Shown: positions 1 to 16,061 of the stretch, piece after piece | Numbering within the stretch: the stretch's first letter is position 1 | How the letters are laid out: the number at the start of each line of letters is the position of its first letter | Assembly: GCA_040954595.2 (NCBI GenBank) | Contig: CM082593.2 | Span: 6,332,172 to 6,396,171 of the forward strand | DNA length: 64,000 nt | From: Balanoglossus misakiensis | Lineage: Eukaryota > Animalia > Hemichordata | Reading direction: 5' to 3' | The notes under the pieces: model-generated | What the model saw: the letters and a program-made list of their open reading frames with translations, nothing else | Databases searched by the model: none | Told to the model about the DNA's origin: nothing | Program-made: the position numbers and the translations under genes

Positions 1-27
1 AAGTAGCGTTTTCTGCATGGTCGCCAT
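1..27 (-). other. Possible start of a minus-strand gene running off the window edge (MATMQKTLL...)
   Basis: Minus strand reads AAAATGGCGACCATGCAG, a typical housekeeping start context, head-to-head with PUF60. Only 9 codons are visible. Confidence 0.25.
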
Positions 28-898
28 TTTGTATCGGCGTGGTTGTTGTATGGTTTCACCGCAAGATCCATCCCCAGTCTCCATTTCTTGTAAACAGTGA
101 TCTTAACGGCAGAGGAGTGATTCCAGGCCTTCGTACGAATCATACTATTCGAATGTTAACTGTTACGATCAGCAATCATTCAAAGGGACACGATTAATCC
201 AGTATTTCTTTGTGATTTGTCGTTTGTAGATGAAGCTCACGAGTTTGTTGTTTGCAATGGAAAAAATGATCTGACACGGATATCTCAGAGGTCAACATTT
301 CGTCTGATATATTATATATATCGGTGTAATTTGTGTTGTGAATAGTTTAGATGACCCACGGTGCTTTTGTGGTACACTACATCATTTACACCCAAAGATA
401 GGCGACTGAACTAATCCAAATTCCTTTTGTGAAGTACATGTACAAATTTCAATGAAATACGAAATCCACCACCCTATTGCACAGTGAGTGGGTCAGCTCG
501 GCTATTCATTGATTCAAATTCAATTGTCTTGTGTCAATACAGAGATTTGTGGCAAACAACATTAGCTGTCTTATGTAATGAACTGTTGTGGTATGGTCAA
601 ATCCCAGCTAAAGGCATAATACTTTTGAAAACTGTCGAGCTAAATAGCTCTACCAGTTTGGCGAGTGACCACTATGACTGTACCACTTCCCAACTCCTGT
701 CATATCCTATGATCATTCTCTTTGCACTTGGTATTTCAAGGCATACATCTTGTGATGATACAAGCCTGTAAGTTCATTATATTCTCTAAAGTAAACCCAA
801 TAATTTGTCATCCATCGAGCCATCAGTTCATTTGTCAGAACCGAGAGAGACAAGATATTCACAACCTGCAATTAACACTCTGTTAAATTCACTTCCAG

Positions 899-3800
899 AT
901 GGCAGCAGTAACGGGCGGCATGGGCGAACCAGCAGCGAAACTCATCAAGTTAGAAGATGCGATAAAAGGTACATTGGGTTTGCAACGCTTTTTACAGTAA
1001 TAGTCTAGAGTTGTGTTGTTTGTGTCTGCCGGTCATTCTGTTTACACACACACACACCTATGCCCCTCCTACAGCTTGTATAACAGACTTACTTCATCAC
1101 AGCTTTTGTGGCACCTAACTCCTTGTTTACCAAACAACACATAGTTGCTAGGCATTTCCAACGATAGACATAAACACTCGACCCACCATAGTCATTGCTA
1201 CCTCACGATGCAGACTTCAAGATGGAACGACTGGCTGAAGAAGAGGAAACAGACCGAGAAGACACTGCCCCTGTTTATGTCAACACACAGCCTCATTCAA
1301 TCTCTCCTTTTAGAAATACATAAACTTAACAACTTTTTCCTTGAGTGAAAGGAAAACCTAGACTTCCTCTGGTCTGATTTCACTTTGTAACTGTGAAGGA
1401 AATGACTTGGGACATTTTGTGGTGGATTGAGATTTCTTTGCATGTCTGTACATTGTTTGCCAGGCAAATGTTCATTGTGACCCCAGAAACAATATGAAGG
1501 TGGCTGGTGCATTGTCACCAAAAAGGGGGATGACACAGTGCATTGGTGACACAACATGTAAATTTAATATTCAGGATTCTAAAAAACATACTTGACCTTA
1601 AAGTTTTTTCACGGGTGTGACAGTTTGACTTTGAGCCAGAATGTTTCAGTTGAGAAAAGAAAATATGGACATTCTAGGAAAAAATGATTTGTAGGAAAAT
1701 GATTAATGAAAGAGCATATCATCGTCCACCATAAATTGTGACAAGTCATTTCATGCTGCCGCCAGACCCCAGTTGTAGGGCTCATTCTCTCCTGGAAAAA
1801 AAGTCAGTGAGACTTTTGAGGGAAATGAAATGCCATTGGTCATGGAAAATGCTTGTCAAGATTGGTGGTTCAGTCTAATTGACAGCACAATCACTGACTG
1901 CATTCCTAGAAAAACTGTTGGAAGTCCGGGAATAAAACCCGAACTCAGTGTCCGTTGGATTCGGAGGAAGCCTAGGTTTTTCCACAATCCCGAAATATAT
2001 TGCAAGTCCTGGCTGTGTTTTGGCTTGCTCTCATCACTAAAAAAATGTGATCCACATGTGTCATGCATTTGTTAATTATGTTTTTCTTTTCTTTTTTTCT
2101 TTTTGTCTTTCTGTGCATTTTTTCTTAAGTTCTAGATTTGAAGCAAGCGGTAACCTGATACTACCACTCTATAGCTATGGTACGCCATGTTTTGTGCCCG
2201 GCTAGTCCTCACACAACCATGAGGCAACATTCTTTTTTTAATTCACACAACACCCCATAATTTTGCCATCAAACATCTTTCTCTCAAAAGTCCATAGTCT
2301 TCAGGTACCACGAGATTGGTTTTAGGGTATTTGGATCATGGTTCTGTGATAAGTTGACAAGGATTTACTTTTTATCATTTCAAACTTAGTGCTCCATAAA
2401 ATTATATTGTCAGGGCAACTTCTTCACAGAAATATTTTTCCAAATATTTTAAGACAATATCATGTTTGATACTGATGTATCAGTATGAGTTTGGAAAATG
2501 CATCGCAACAAAAGGACCCCAAGGATTTGTAAAAAAAAACGATACCTTTGATGGAAAAAGGTTAATGGTATTAGACCATATGAAATGGTATTAGTTTGAA
2601 GAGAAGGCAGGGTGAATGAGATTATAACATATAAGTCAAGGAAAATAAAACTAAGACAATATAAGGGCAAAGATCCACTCGCTCGAGCCTACCATACTCT
2701 CACAGGCTGAACAGAAGTGAAACAAAATAGGAGAGATCACAAATGACTCTCTCTGATCTGATGTGATGATATATGTGTGCAAGTATGTCTAAGTTTAGTC
2801 CTATCCTGACTCCTTGGTGATAATTAGTTCCTCAAATGTGCAATACATAGATACTGTTGGCAAGTGTGTATATTTAACAGGAAGTTTAGCTTACCTGTGC
2901 CTGTATTGTATCTGCTAATAAGAGATTTCTTCATAGCAGAGAATTTTAACCTGCCCCAGTCTTGCCTTTTTCACGTGTAGTGTCTCGGGCATAACTCACT
3001 TTATCTCCCATCCGAACCCCGATTACTGCTTAACAAAAGTGTCTGTTTTTAATACAAGAAACTGACTTAAATTTTGTGTTGTGAAATGATTTCACTGTAG
3101 CCACACTCAAATAAGTTTTGGTTGTAGTTTCTAATATATCTGGATATATAGCTTTGGTGTTGCATTCTAAAAGTCAGTACAGATTTAAAATGCCTAACAA
3201 CTTAGCGTTTAGTCTTTTCAAAATAGGGGTATTTTTTCTAAGGGTAGTTGTTGCGTAAAACTTGTGAAGGTGATTCTGTACGCGACTTTAACACTTTCAC
3301 CCCTGATTCTCCACTGCAGTGGTCCAACATCACCATATAAACAATGGATGTGGGCCAGTTCATTATGGTGAAAGGGTTAAAATGAAATATCCACATAGCT
3401 TAAAGTGCACAGTGTACCGATCGATAACAAAGATATGTGTCATGTGCATGTGCTGTTGTACTGGTGCAGGCGTGGTTGAGAATTGAGTCTTAGTCTTTGT
3501 CTCTGAAATGTAATTTTTTTTTTTCTATTTTTTAAGTGCTGAATTTGACATTTGAAAGAGAGATAAGACCTCCCACGGTACACAGAATTGTCTGAAGGTT
3601 GAAGCATGTAATAAGATGTGCTTTGGCAAAATTGAGATGCTTAACTAGTGTGATTGACAGTCTATTAAAATAATTTGATTATGAATGTACCGGTAATTAT
3701 GCAAGTAAGAGCATGTTCTAATTTTGTATTTGATGCGAGTTATATCATCAATCGTCGAAAACAAAGGAGGTTTTTAATCCCGAACCTATAGATGGCAAAC

Positions 3801-6800
3801 TACAAAGTTTTATTGCACCGTGGGAGTGTTTAATCTCTCTTGCAGCGTTCTTTTCTTTTTTGAATAAATCGGCCAGTGGCACAGATGAGAAATCGCGTGT
3901 AGGACTAGGTACGGCCCTGCATCACTTTTCTCCACCAGTACAGAAGCAGCTGTGTTTAGTGGCAGTGGTGTCTTAACACACACACACATCGGTCTGTCTC
4001 CACAGCCGAGGTCTAACCATTCATGTATTCTTTCAAATCTCTTCTTTTTCTGTGTGTTTTTATGCATTAATCTAGTTAAGAAGCAGAGTTGACCAGGAAC
4101 AAAATGCAGGCTCGCCTTCACAGACGACGCACCCATTGTATAGCTTGCCGCGTCTAGCCTACAAAGGCCTTAGGCCAACAAAGCCTCAACAAATGCCATG
4201 ATGTTATTGGTAAAGAAAATTGGTTAAATAAGTATCATGCTGTGAGGAAAATACAAGACTGTTAGCGATAATTTGTTTGAAAAAAAAACTAAAATTGTCT
4301 TGTTTTTTTTTTTTGACGCATTCTAAAGTGGCATATATCATTGTGGTAGGCCTTCTGGTGTTAAGGGTTTTTACAATTTGCGATGTTTTCTTTGTTGAAG
4401 CATGTTGTTGAAATTGTACGTCTCTGCCCATGTGAAGATGGCTTCATCCACAATGCTGTATGTAGTCGTGATTTCTGGGGGTTAAGCAACAGGTAGTGTG
4501 AAACACTAATCCTGCACAGTTTGAATTCAACCTGTGAAGTGAGCTGTTCATTGTGGATGAAGCCTACTAGCCCCGACATCTTGACTGACATTCCTTTTTC
4601 GAATTTTTTTAGATCCCGATTTCAAACGGAGGAGTCCCTCGCCCATGCCAATCGTTGAGCAGAAGGGCCCAGTCTTGGCCGGACCGGGCGCTCGCAAGGA
4701 CGGTCCGCAAGGGCTGCCCAAGCTGACCGAACACCAGCAAGAGGCGCTGACCAAGGCCAAGAAGTTCGCCATGGAACAGAGCATCAAGAGTGTGTTAGTG
4801 AAACAAACACTGGCCCATCAACAACAGGTGAGGCAATATCCTTCCTTAGGCTCGGTTCTCAAGAGAAACATTGCTCCATAGATACAGCCAATTTTGTCAG
4901 CCAAGGGCACGGTACTTCTGTTACCATATGCCTGTATGGCAGCAGTCCAAGATATGAAACCAAAATGTATACTGTAAAACACTTTTATTTTCGCGGGCAA
5001 TAAATTTTCGCAAAATACGCGAGAGCCAAAATAGCGTGAAAATAAAAATTCGTGTAAATTGTTTTTGAAGATAACGATGCAGTGACTGAAATAAGCGAAC
5101 GCGAAAATTAATACTCGCGAAACAGTGGCCTCTCTCGATATCGCGAAAATTTTGACTCGCGAAAATAAAGTGTTTTACAGTATTCTCTGAAATGTCTGTG
5201 TGGTTAGTTATATTGTATAGTAATGGTTGCCTTCGTTTTGTTACAGCAAATGACCAATTTACAAATGGCAGCTCAGAGGCAGCGCGCGCTGGCGTTGATG
5301 TGTCGCGTCTACGTCGGATCGATCAACTTCGAACTGAGAGAAGACACCATCAAGCAGGCGTTCCTCCCGTTCGGACCCATCAAGAACATCAACCTGTCGT
5401 GGGATCCGGTCACCATGAAGCACAAGGGCTTTGCGTTTGTCGAGTACGAATTACCCGAAGCAGCTCAGTTAGCGTTAGAACAAATGAACGGAGTTATGAT
5501 TGGTGGCAGGAATATAAAGGTAAGTCAGCTGTGGCGTCTCACAGAATTGATAATTCATGATAATCATAGCAATTATGCTAATGAGCCAGTACAGTACTGT
5601 AAAACGGGTTATTTTCACGAGCAATAAATTTTCGCGAAATACACGAGAGCCAAAATAATGTCAAAATAAAAAGTCGCGTAACATGTTTTCGGAGATAACG
5701 ATGCAGTTAGTGAAATACGAGAACGCGAATATTAATCCTTGCGTAACAGTTGCCTCTTTTGAAATCGGGAACATTTCCTGTCGCGAAAATAACCCGTTTT
5801 ACAGTATCATGAATTCCTTGGAAGGACATCGTGATTGACGTGTTTATATATACTGATCTGTTTACTATCTTTTGTGCAGGTTGGTCGCCCCAGCAACATG
5901 CCCCAAGCACAGCCAATAATCGATCAAATCATGGAGGAAGCCAAACAGTACAACCGAATCTTTGTAGCATCTGTACACCAAGATCTTTCAGAAGAAGACA
6001 TCAAAAGGTACGTATCCTATCTTCAGTAAATCTTGCACACTAAACTGACTTTGCCTAGTGAAGTTCTTTGCTCATGGTGGATCATATATGTCAACCTCAT
6101 GAATTTCCTTCTGTAATGTGCTCACCAGTTCTGTCTGTTTTGTTTGCAGTGTGTTTGAAGCCTTTGGAACCATTAAAATGTGTACTCTAGTCGCAGACAC
6201 TGTACCAACAAAACACAAGTAAGTAATCCAGCCAGGCTTCATGACATCACCGTTTTCCAAATTCAGACAAACACAGTTATACATATCATCTTCCTTGAAA
6301 GCAGTGATACTTAAGTATTCATTTCTTGAAGTATTGTAATTACTTTTGGTCAGTATGCTTCCAAGCTGATGTGATGATAACTCCTCAACATATTCCCGTT
6401 CCACGTTTTTTGTTGTTGTAAGATATGTACAAATATAGGCTCTTGAGAGAACGGTCTGTGTCCCAACAGTATTGTAATATAATCACCATCACTTTGGTTC
6501 TCTGCAGGGGGTTTGGATTTATAGAATATGAAAATAACCAATCAGCACAAGATGCCATTGCGTCAATGAATTTATTCGACCTCGGTGGGCAGTACCTGAG
6601 GGTAGGAAGGGTAAGTCAAGTTCGCTTTGATCTTAAGTTTTCACAATGTCCAACGACAGTCGATGCTGTAGACACTTGATTTTGATGTACAGTGTATATA
6701 GTGGTCTGTACTGTCCTTACCGTTAAAGTCATTTTATAAGACTTGAGTGACAGTGTGTGCCGAAAAGGGGGTGCGACTTATAATACCAATGTTCTGTTGT

Positions 6801-9320
6801 ATTCATTTCCTTAAAATCTCCTCCTAAACAAGTCTTTCAAAGAAGGGGTGCGACTTATAAAGTGACTTTAACGGTATATACCTTATCAGTGGCAAAGAAG
6901 CAATTTTGGCCTGTATTGGTTTCAGACCAAGCAGTATCTGTCTGCACTGTGTGACACGTATGCGAAAAGTGTGTGTAGTAATCAAGGTTCTCAATGGCCA
7001 CATTGGTTTAGGATTTTTTTCAGCGATTTCAGTGTAACATTCTCTTTGTTGATATCTCCAGGCAATCACACCGCCCAATGAACATCAACCACAGATCCCC
7101 CTGGGACCAGGTGGACTCCCTCCGGCCGCTGCAGTGGCTGCGGCCGCAGCTACAGCCAAGATACAGGTAAGCGCATCAAATGGCTTTCTGTGTTCACCTG
7201 GTGAATTGCTACAGTCGAACATTTCTATAGTGGCCAGTCAGTGGACTTTCCTACACTGGCCTTTACAGACAGGTGGTTGTGAAATCTTTTCCAGAGAGTG
7301 TTTCCCAATCAACAGTGGCTGTGTCGCTGATTTTAACTATTTTGATAAACTTGCCATACGCTGACAAATACATGTAGTTAAATTTATGGCCAGCATTCCA
7401 GGCTGGAAAATTCAGCGAGGCAAAACTTGTAATAATTGACTTTAATTTAACTCTAATTCCTTGTCTCGTAGGCGTTGGATGCGGTTGCCGGCACCCTAGG
7501 ACCATCTGGAATGTCCGCACCTGGTATGAATGTCGGTCTTGGCACGTCAGGTCTCTTGCCAGGTGTTACCGTCTCATCCAATCTGGCTGCAAGTGGACTT
7601 CTTCCCCAGGCAGTGTTAGCTGCCAGTGCACCTGGTGTCATCACAGGTAATTTGCATATAAATGATTGAAGAAAAATTGAAATTCCTATATGGATGTAGG
7701 CATACTGGGGTGTCAACACAAAAAAGTGCATTACCTTCGAAGACTTAAAAGGCCGACGATCGTCTATGGTCGCTGCCATCTTGTCTGTTGTTAGGACAGC
7801 ACACTGCCTTACGGCATTGACTATATAACTTTTGTAACCATAGTCTCTGGTTTGGCACATGCGCATAAGATTATCGCCACCCTTTTAAACATTCCCTTTA
7901 TACCGTATACGGGCGTACGTTTACATAAATCAGATGCCTGAATCAAACTTTTTCTCCTGTGTCGTGTTTCAGGTGTGACACCAGCTAAGAATATCATGGC
8001 GGGATCTCTTCTGTCCGCAATGCAAGAGAAAGCGAAAAAGGAAGAGGATGATGAGAAAAAAGAAATCGAACTGCCACAGACGTTGAGCGAACAAGAAAAC
8101 GTCTCCATATCGGGCAGCAGTGCCAGGCACATGGTCATGCAGAAATTACTCCGAAAGACAGAGGTATGCATCGATGTGCTGATCGTTTCTTGTGTGTAGA
8201 AGGATATATCTGTCTCCAGGAGCGAGATTACAACTAAGTCTGTGTGCTTTACCTTGAGTGTGTGTAATGATTTTTATGTGGTTATGCAGTAAAACAAGTG
8301 GGAGGTTTGTTCTGATCTGACCATCATTTTGATACAGTCAAACCTGTGTTAATGGCCACCTCTGTATACTGGAAATCTGTCTATACCGGCCAGTCCCTGT
8401 ACAATTGACATGTACATCAATTCACCTGTCTATAAAGGCCAGTTTCGGGAAGTCCCTTGACTGGCCACTATAGACAGGTTCGAATGTATTTCTCTGCTAC
8501 CAATCAATATAACAGTGGCAAGATTGTATTTTGTTGTCGACAGTTCTCATACAGTCAATGTAAGTCTGTGAATTGAATGTAATTATTGTGTCCCGGTTTG
8601 ATTTCAGTCACGAGTGATGGTTTTACGGAATATGGTCACGGTGGACGATTTAGACGACGAGTTGGAAGGTGAAGTGACGGAGGAGTGCGGCAGATTTGGA
8701 ACCGTGAACAGAGTCATCATTTATCAAGAGAAGCAAGGGGAAGAGGATGATGCTGAAGTCATTGTCAAACTTTTTGTGGAGTTCTCATTGCCAGCTGGTA
8801 AGTTGTATATCAAGTGTGTTCATAGCACTTTGGATTTTCAATTGGCTATTCTGTAGTGTACATCTTCATTAGTGACTGTAGTAGTGTATGTGTATTGCAC
8901 TTCTCTGATGCAAAACTGTGATCAGTCGCTCCTTGCTATGGCCAGTTCTTGACCTCCTATCCTGTTTTAGTGTTTGTGGGTCTTACATTGTTTCCTAACG
9001 TAAGATTGGACCTCCACATTTGGAAATGGGGGTGTAGGGTTAAGTAGCGACCCAACAGAGAAGTGGGTTAGTTTAGTAATCATACTTGCAATGGCGGACT
9101 TCCTACTAGGATGTAAGGTAGCCCAGAATTGCCAGTTGAGTTGAGATGATCTCATAAGTTTGTGATCATGTTGTGTATAACATTCCAAACTTTCTATTTT
9201 CTTCCAACAGAGGCAGAAAAAGCAATAGATTCACTGAATGGAAGATGGTTTGGTGGAAGACTCGTACGAGCGGAAACATACGACCAAGTCAAATTTGATT
9301 CGAGCGATCTTTCGGGGTAA
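899..9320 (+). CDS. PUF60: Poly(U)-binding splicing factor PUF60 (2 RRM + C-terminal UHM), spliced
   Basis: Exons 899-968, 4613-4827, 5247-5519, 5880-6007, 6150-6218, 6508-6610, 7062-7166, 7472-7646, 7973-8163, 8608-8797, 9211-9320 with phase-compatible GT-AG junctions. Peptides [30 protein letters not shown]...[31 protein letters not shown]...[19 protein letters not shown] match PUF60/half pint. First coding exon is less certain. Confidence 0.95.
3288..3380. mobile_element. 93-bp TTAA-flanked MITE (piggyBac-like), reverse orientation
   Basis: TTAACACTTTCACC...GGTGAAAGGGTTAA; same length and similar internal sequence (reverse complement) as 14978-15070 and 20380-20472. Confidence 0.7.
4970..5182. 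mobile_element. TA-flanked MITE (Tc1/mariner-like), family A copy 1
   Basis: TIRs TACTGTAAAACACTTTTATTTTCGCG ... CGCGAAAATAAAGTGTTTTACAGTA; internal CGCGAAAAT subrepeats. Confidence 0.85.
5595..5806. mobile_element. TA-flanked MITE, family A copy 2
   Basis: TIRs TACTGTAAAACGGGTTATTTTC ... GAAAATAACCCGTTTTACAGTA; internally alignable with 4970-5182. Confidence 0.85.
6718..6876. mobile_element. TA-flanked MITE (Tc1/mariner/Tigger-like)
   Basis: TIRs TACCGTTAAAGTCATTTTATAAG ... CTTATAAAGTGACTTTAACGGTA; internal GGGGTGCGACTTATAA duplicated. Confidence 0.75.
8333..8488. mobile_element. TA-flanked MITE, family B copy 1
   Basis: TACAGTCAAACCTGT...ACAGGTTCGAATGTA; homologous to 55850-55998 and to a partial reverse copy near 7210-7275. 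Confidence 0.8.
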
Positions 9321-12019
9321 AAGAAAAACAAAAACACTCCAGCGTTCCAAGATTTACATCGCAGCGCTTGTTACCGTACGCCACCTTGCTGTCTGTCTGT
9401 CCCTCCAACAAACGAAAGACTCTGTTTTCTGTGTTGGCTGTTTCACTACATTCTGGCACATCCTTGCGAGAATACCAAGAGTTGGAGTTCTCCATGAAGT
9501 TGTCGCATCCAGTTCGCGTCGGAATCCCGGATAGCAGCTGTAATCCTTTTACCGTTCCCGTGTTGGTTGAACACCGTAGCTTTCTGCGCTTTGGTCCGAT
9601 CCATATACAAGCAAATAGGGGTGAAAGGGTTAGCAACTCAACACGTCTGAAGCCTTGGAAATAAATAAATACACGTAGTAGAATTTTATAACGAACATCC
9701 TGTCTTATTTTGTTGCATCTTTGTAATGGATTTTAAAGAATTTCCCAAAGAATACAGGTTTATGGAAGATTATATGGATTTGTATTTTATGTTTGGCCCC
9801 TGCACTGCAGTAGCATTTGGTGTACCGTAGAAGAGGCTATGTACAGCAGGGCCTACTCGAAACAATGCATGTTGATTTCTGTTGCTTTTTGTGCATGCGA
9901 GACGCTGACGTTGTATTATGCTGTTGCAAAGATACGCACACAAGATGGTGTTTGTACATTGGAATTTGGCTTCATGCAATCTTTATTTTCCATCAATTTT
10001 TGTGGGTATTGAGACACATGTACAGCTGTGTTTGCTTATAAATAAGTATGTCGCCTTCTGGTATTTTCCGTTGAGCTTCCAATGTAAATGTACAACTGTT
10101 AATGTTAGCGGTGAATTTCTGCTTTCTCCTTGACTGCCAAAAGTACTGAAAATACCTGCCCCATTGTGATTTTGTAACCATACTTTGCTATGAGCATAAT
10201 TACTTCTTGTATAAATCTGAATGAATATGCGCATATCATTTAACTGTCTTCTGCAATCATTGCTATGTTGAATTATCCCATCGTCAGCTGTGTGTTTCTT
10301 AAGTTATACACATCAGCAAGGACAATGTCTTTGTTCAAAACAATATTAGAAAACGTGTGAAAAATGAAATAGTACTAAAAGGATAATTATTATTAATTTG
10401 GATTAAACACTAGCGTTAGGTAACCCTGTTAAAACTATGATAACTAAATTATGTGAGGCAGCTATCAATTAAAACAGCAATAGATAAATATTTTAAAGTT
10501 TGAAATCTAAACTTGACTATTTATCAGTGTTATTTCAAATCATAAACCTCTTTTAGTGAACTTTTTAACACTCACTCCTACCCTATCGTGTGGAATCTTT
10601 TTGACCTGTGAAATTGGGTAATTCATGTTACAGTGTTCAACTCATTACCAATATTGGTAGTTTCGACTTCTCTCAATTGCCACCTTGAAATCTTCTCATT
10701 TAGGTGAGCTTGTGTCAGTTTAGCGACATTGAATGAAAGAGTGTGCAGGGAACACAAAAAAATATGTGCACTACATGTATAACATTACCAATCAGAAACA
10801 GTAGCAAAACATTTTCTGTCGAGAAACTGATGCGTTCAATTGTCGTGTTTTCATTATACCCTGTGCTTTTTGCATTAACATTCCAAACATGATGCGCACT
10901 TTTTTCTTATTTATTTTTGTTTTTGTTGAAAGTTACAGAGGGTCTGTCTTTTTTATGTGGATTTTATTTTATACTGGGCACCCACTGATTAAAAAATCCC
11001 TTGTTTATTTGTAGGGATGATTGCCATGTCATACAAAGAAATGTTATACTATTTTTGTGTGCTTTGTAATGGTAGAAACAATTTAATGAAAGTGATTGTC
11101 CTGCCTAGCAACAGTGATGGTAATAGTAAATGTACTACATCTCAACAGTAGCTATAGTAACAATCTATCCCATCCCAGTTACAGCTCTAGCTATTCTGTG
11201 CGAACTATATGTATTATCCTTGTGTAGAAGTCATAATGAAACCAAGAGACATGTTCAATGGTCTTTGCAAGCAGAGCCACAGCGGGTGCCTCATCAGTGG
11301 TAGAATCTGTATAGACGTACCGAGGGGTTTTTCAATACAAGTGAATTTTCGTTCATTTGAAACTGTTTTAAACAGTGTTTTTAGTTGTCTCCACTGATCA
11401 AAATGTAATGCTTGCTGTCAACAAATGAAATTGACAAACACAGGACATACCTTGGAGGATTGCTAGTTTTATCAGTGTTTTCTTGGGGGCCAAGAGTAAC
11501 CCGAGTTTTCAAGTTTGCGATGTTTTCATCATGTCAAAAGTTTAAATAGAAGTTAAATGCTGGCAAAAAATATTATTTTTGAATATTTTTGTACTGTTGA
11601 TATTGTCAAAGGAGTAATATCCCCAGTATTGTATTAATCACCATTTCTGTACAGTATCATCATTAATGTTTTCCCAATAAAAATATTTTGAAAAGATTCC
11701 ATTTCTTTTCTCTTTTACACATTTAAAAATAAAATATAGCCGTTATCACCGCCTATCACACAGACTTGGAACAAACATGGAATACAAGAAACACAAAATT
11801 TTACGTTTGAAATAAAAAGAATTGATCAAGTACACCTTTTAGTCGACCCCCGGCTGAAAAACCATGCTCTGACCGTAGAGGGCGCTATTTATTCGATTTT
11901 GACCTTTGAACTCGGTCTCCTGCGACTGGTAATGATGGTTTGGCTCTGATGTTGAAAAAGTCCTGGGAACGTCTTGTCTGTATGCGCCTGTAGTCGTGCT
12001 GTGCGTGGAATAAATCGCA

Positions 12020-14686
<2,667 letters not shown>

Positions 14687-14977
14687 GATGAGGGTTCTAA
14701 GTCGAAGCAAGTATGCTTTTGTTACTCGTGCTCAGATTGTTACTGATTGCATCATGGAAATTAACAGACACCAGACCAATACTCATTTCAGGTTACGTTT
14801 ATTCGGAAGAAATCTATTCCAGACTCGCTAAACTGATCGAAAGTTCTATTATACACCAATTACTGTGCAGGTTTAAACACTTAGCTACAATGATACACTC
14901 AGCACAATGGAAAGTTTCACTCTCACAAAGTCGACTTCACCTATCTATTTAAAGGATTGCACTGCTGTGAAATGGTT

Positions 14978-15070
14978 TTAACCCTTTCGCCAACATGGTT
15001 TGCTCTGATCCCATTGTTTTCTATGGTAAAGTTGGACCTCTTTATAGGGAACTGGGGGTGAAAGGGTTAA
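14978..15070. mobile_element. 93-bp TTAA-flanked MITE (piggyBac-like)
   Basis: TTAACCCTTTC...GAAAGGGTTAA; CCC/GGG termini inside TTAA. Confidence 0.75.
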
Positions 15071-16061
15071 GAGATTCTAGAAGTCATGAAAAACCAAACC
15101 GCATTCATAGTACACCACTTCAAGAATGAACTATCAACGCTACACTTGTCTCTGGTGGTTTTGATAACAGGAAAGACGTACATCCACACTACCAGTAGAC
15201 CACAAATGGTAAACCAGATAATCTAAGCATAGACAAGACGGTGGAAGTACGTGAATACATGTCCCTCAGTAAGTACATCTGCATTGACTATATTTAAGGT
15301 AAATTTGTGAAAATAAAACGTCAAAAGTTGTAGCTCATTGCCCTTCGTGGGGAGGGGAAAAAATTAAAAGAAAGCCAAAATTAAAATCACAGCACAGCAT
15401 CTTTGTCCCTTTAATGCTTAGTCTAACATTACTGTTTCAGGTTTGGAAAATAACTTGATGTATAATGCCATACACAAACTGTAAACAACATAGCATTACA
15501 TTTCCTGCACACTGACAGTGACATGTCTATAAGATATTTTAAATGGCAGTCTTATTTGCATTTTTCATGTCAATACAGCACGTAACAAATATTTTAAATT
15601 ATTAAACTAAAATACAATGTATACATATATACAAATATACAGTTTACAATCTATCATCATTCAAAATTTATATAAATAACACCTGTCTCTACAAACCTCT
15701 GTCACCATTACAGGACTAGTGTAATCCTAAAACACCCATGGATTTATTATGGAAGGGGTTGGACCACCCAGAAAACAAGTCAATTTCCTAAGTTGGCCAC
15801 TGGTGGCAGGAGCAAGCCCTATTCAGGTCACATGACAACCAATTTGAATCATGCTTCACCAGTAAACCGGCTGGATAATTTGAGATATTTGATTTAACAT
15901 ACACCTCAATTGCACTATATACCAGGTATATTCTGCAGTACAGTAAATACTAGTACTCTCGGTTGTCGGGCGGGTCCTTTTCATTTGCGTCCATGGTTGT
16001 CAGGGGTTTCCACAAGCTGGGATCATGTCTGGTGGTCCAGAGTTCAACGTTGATCGCAGAT

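Noticed and set aside
1145-1348. Acidic reading frame [17 protein letters not shown] after a CAG at ~1213
   Set aside because: No convincing in-phase donor before the stop; not included in the PUF60 model without RNA evidence.
9238-10234. ORF cluster downstream of PUF60
   Set aside because: Lies in the 3' UTR region with AATAAA signals; no recognisable product.
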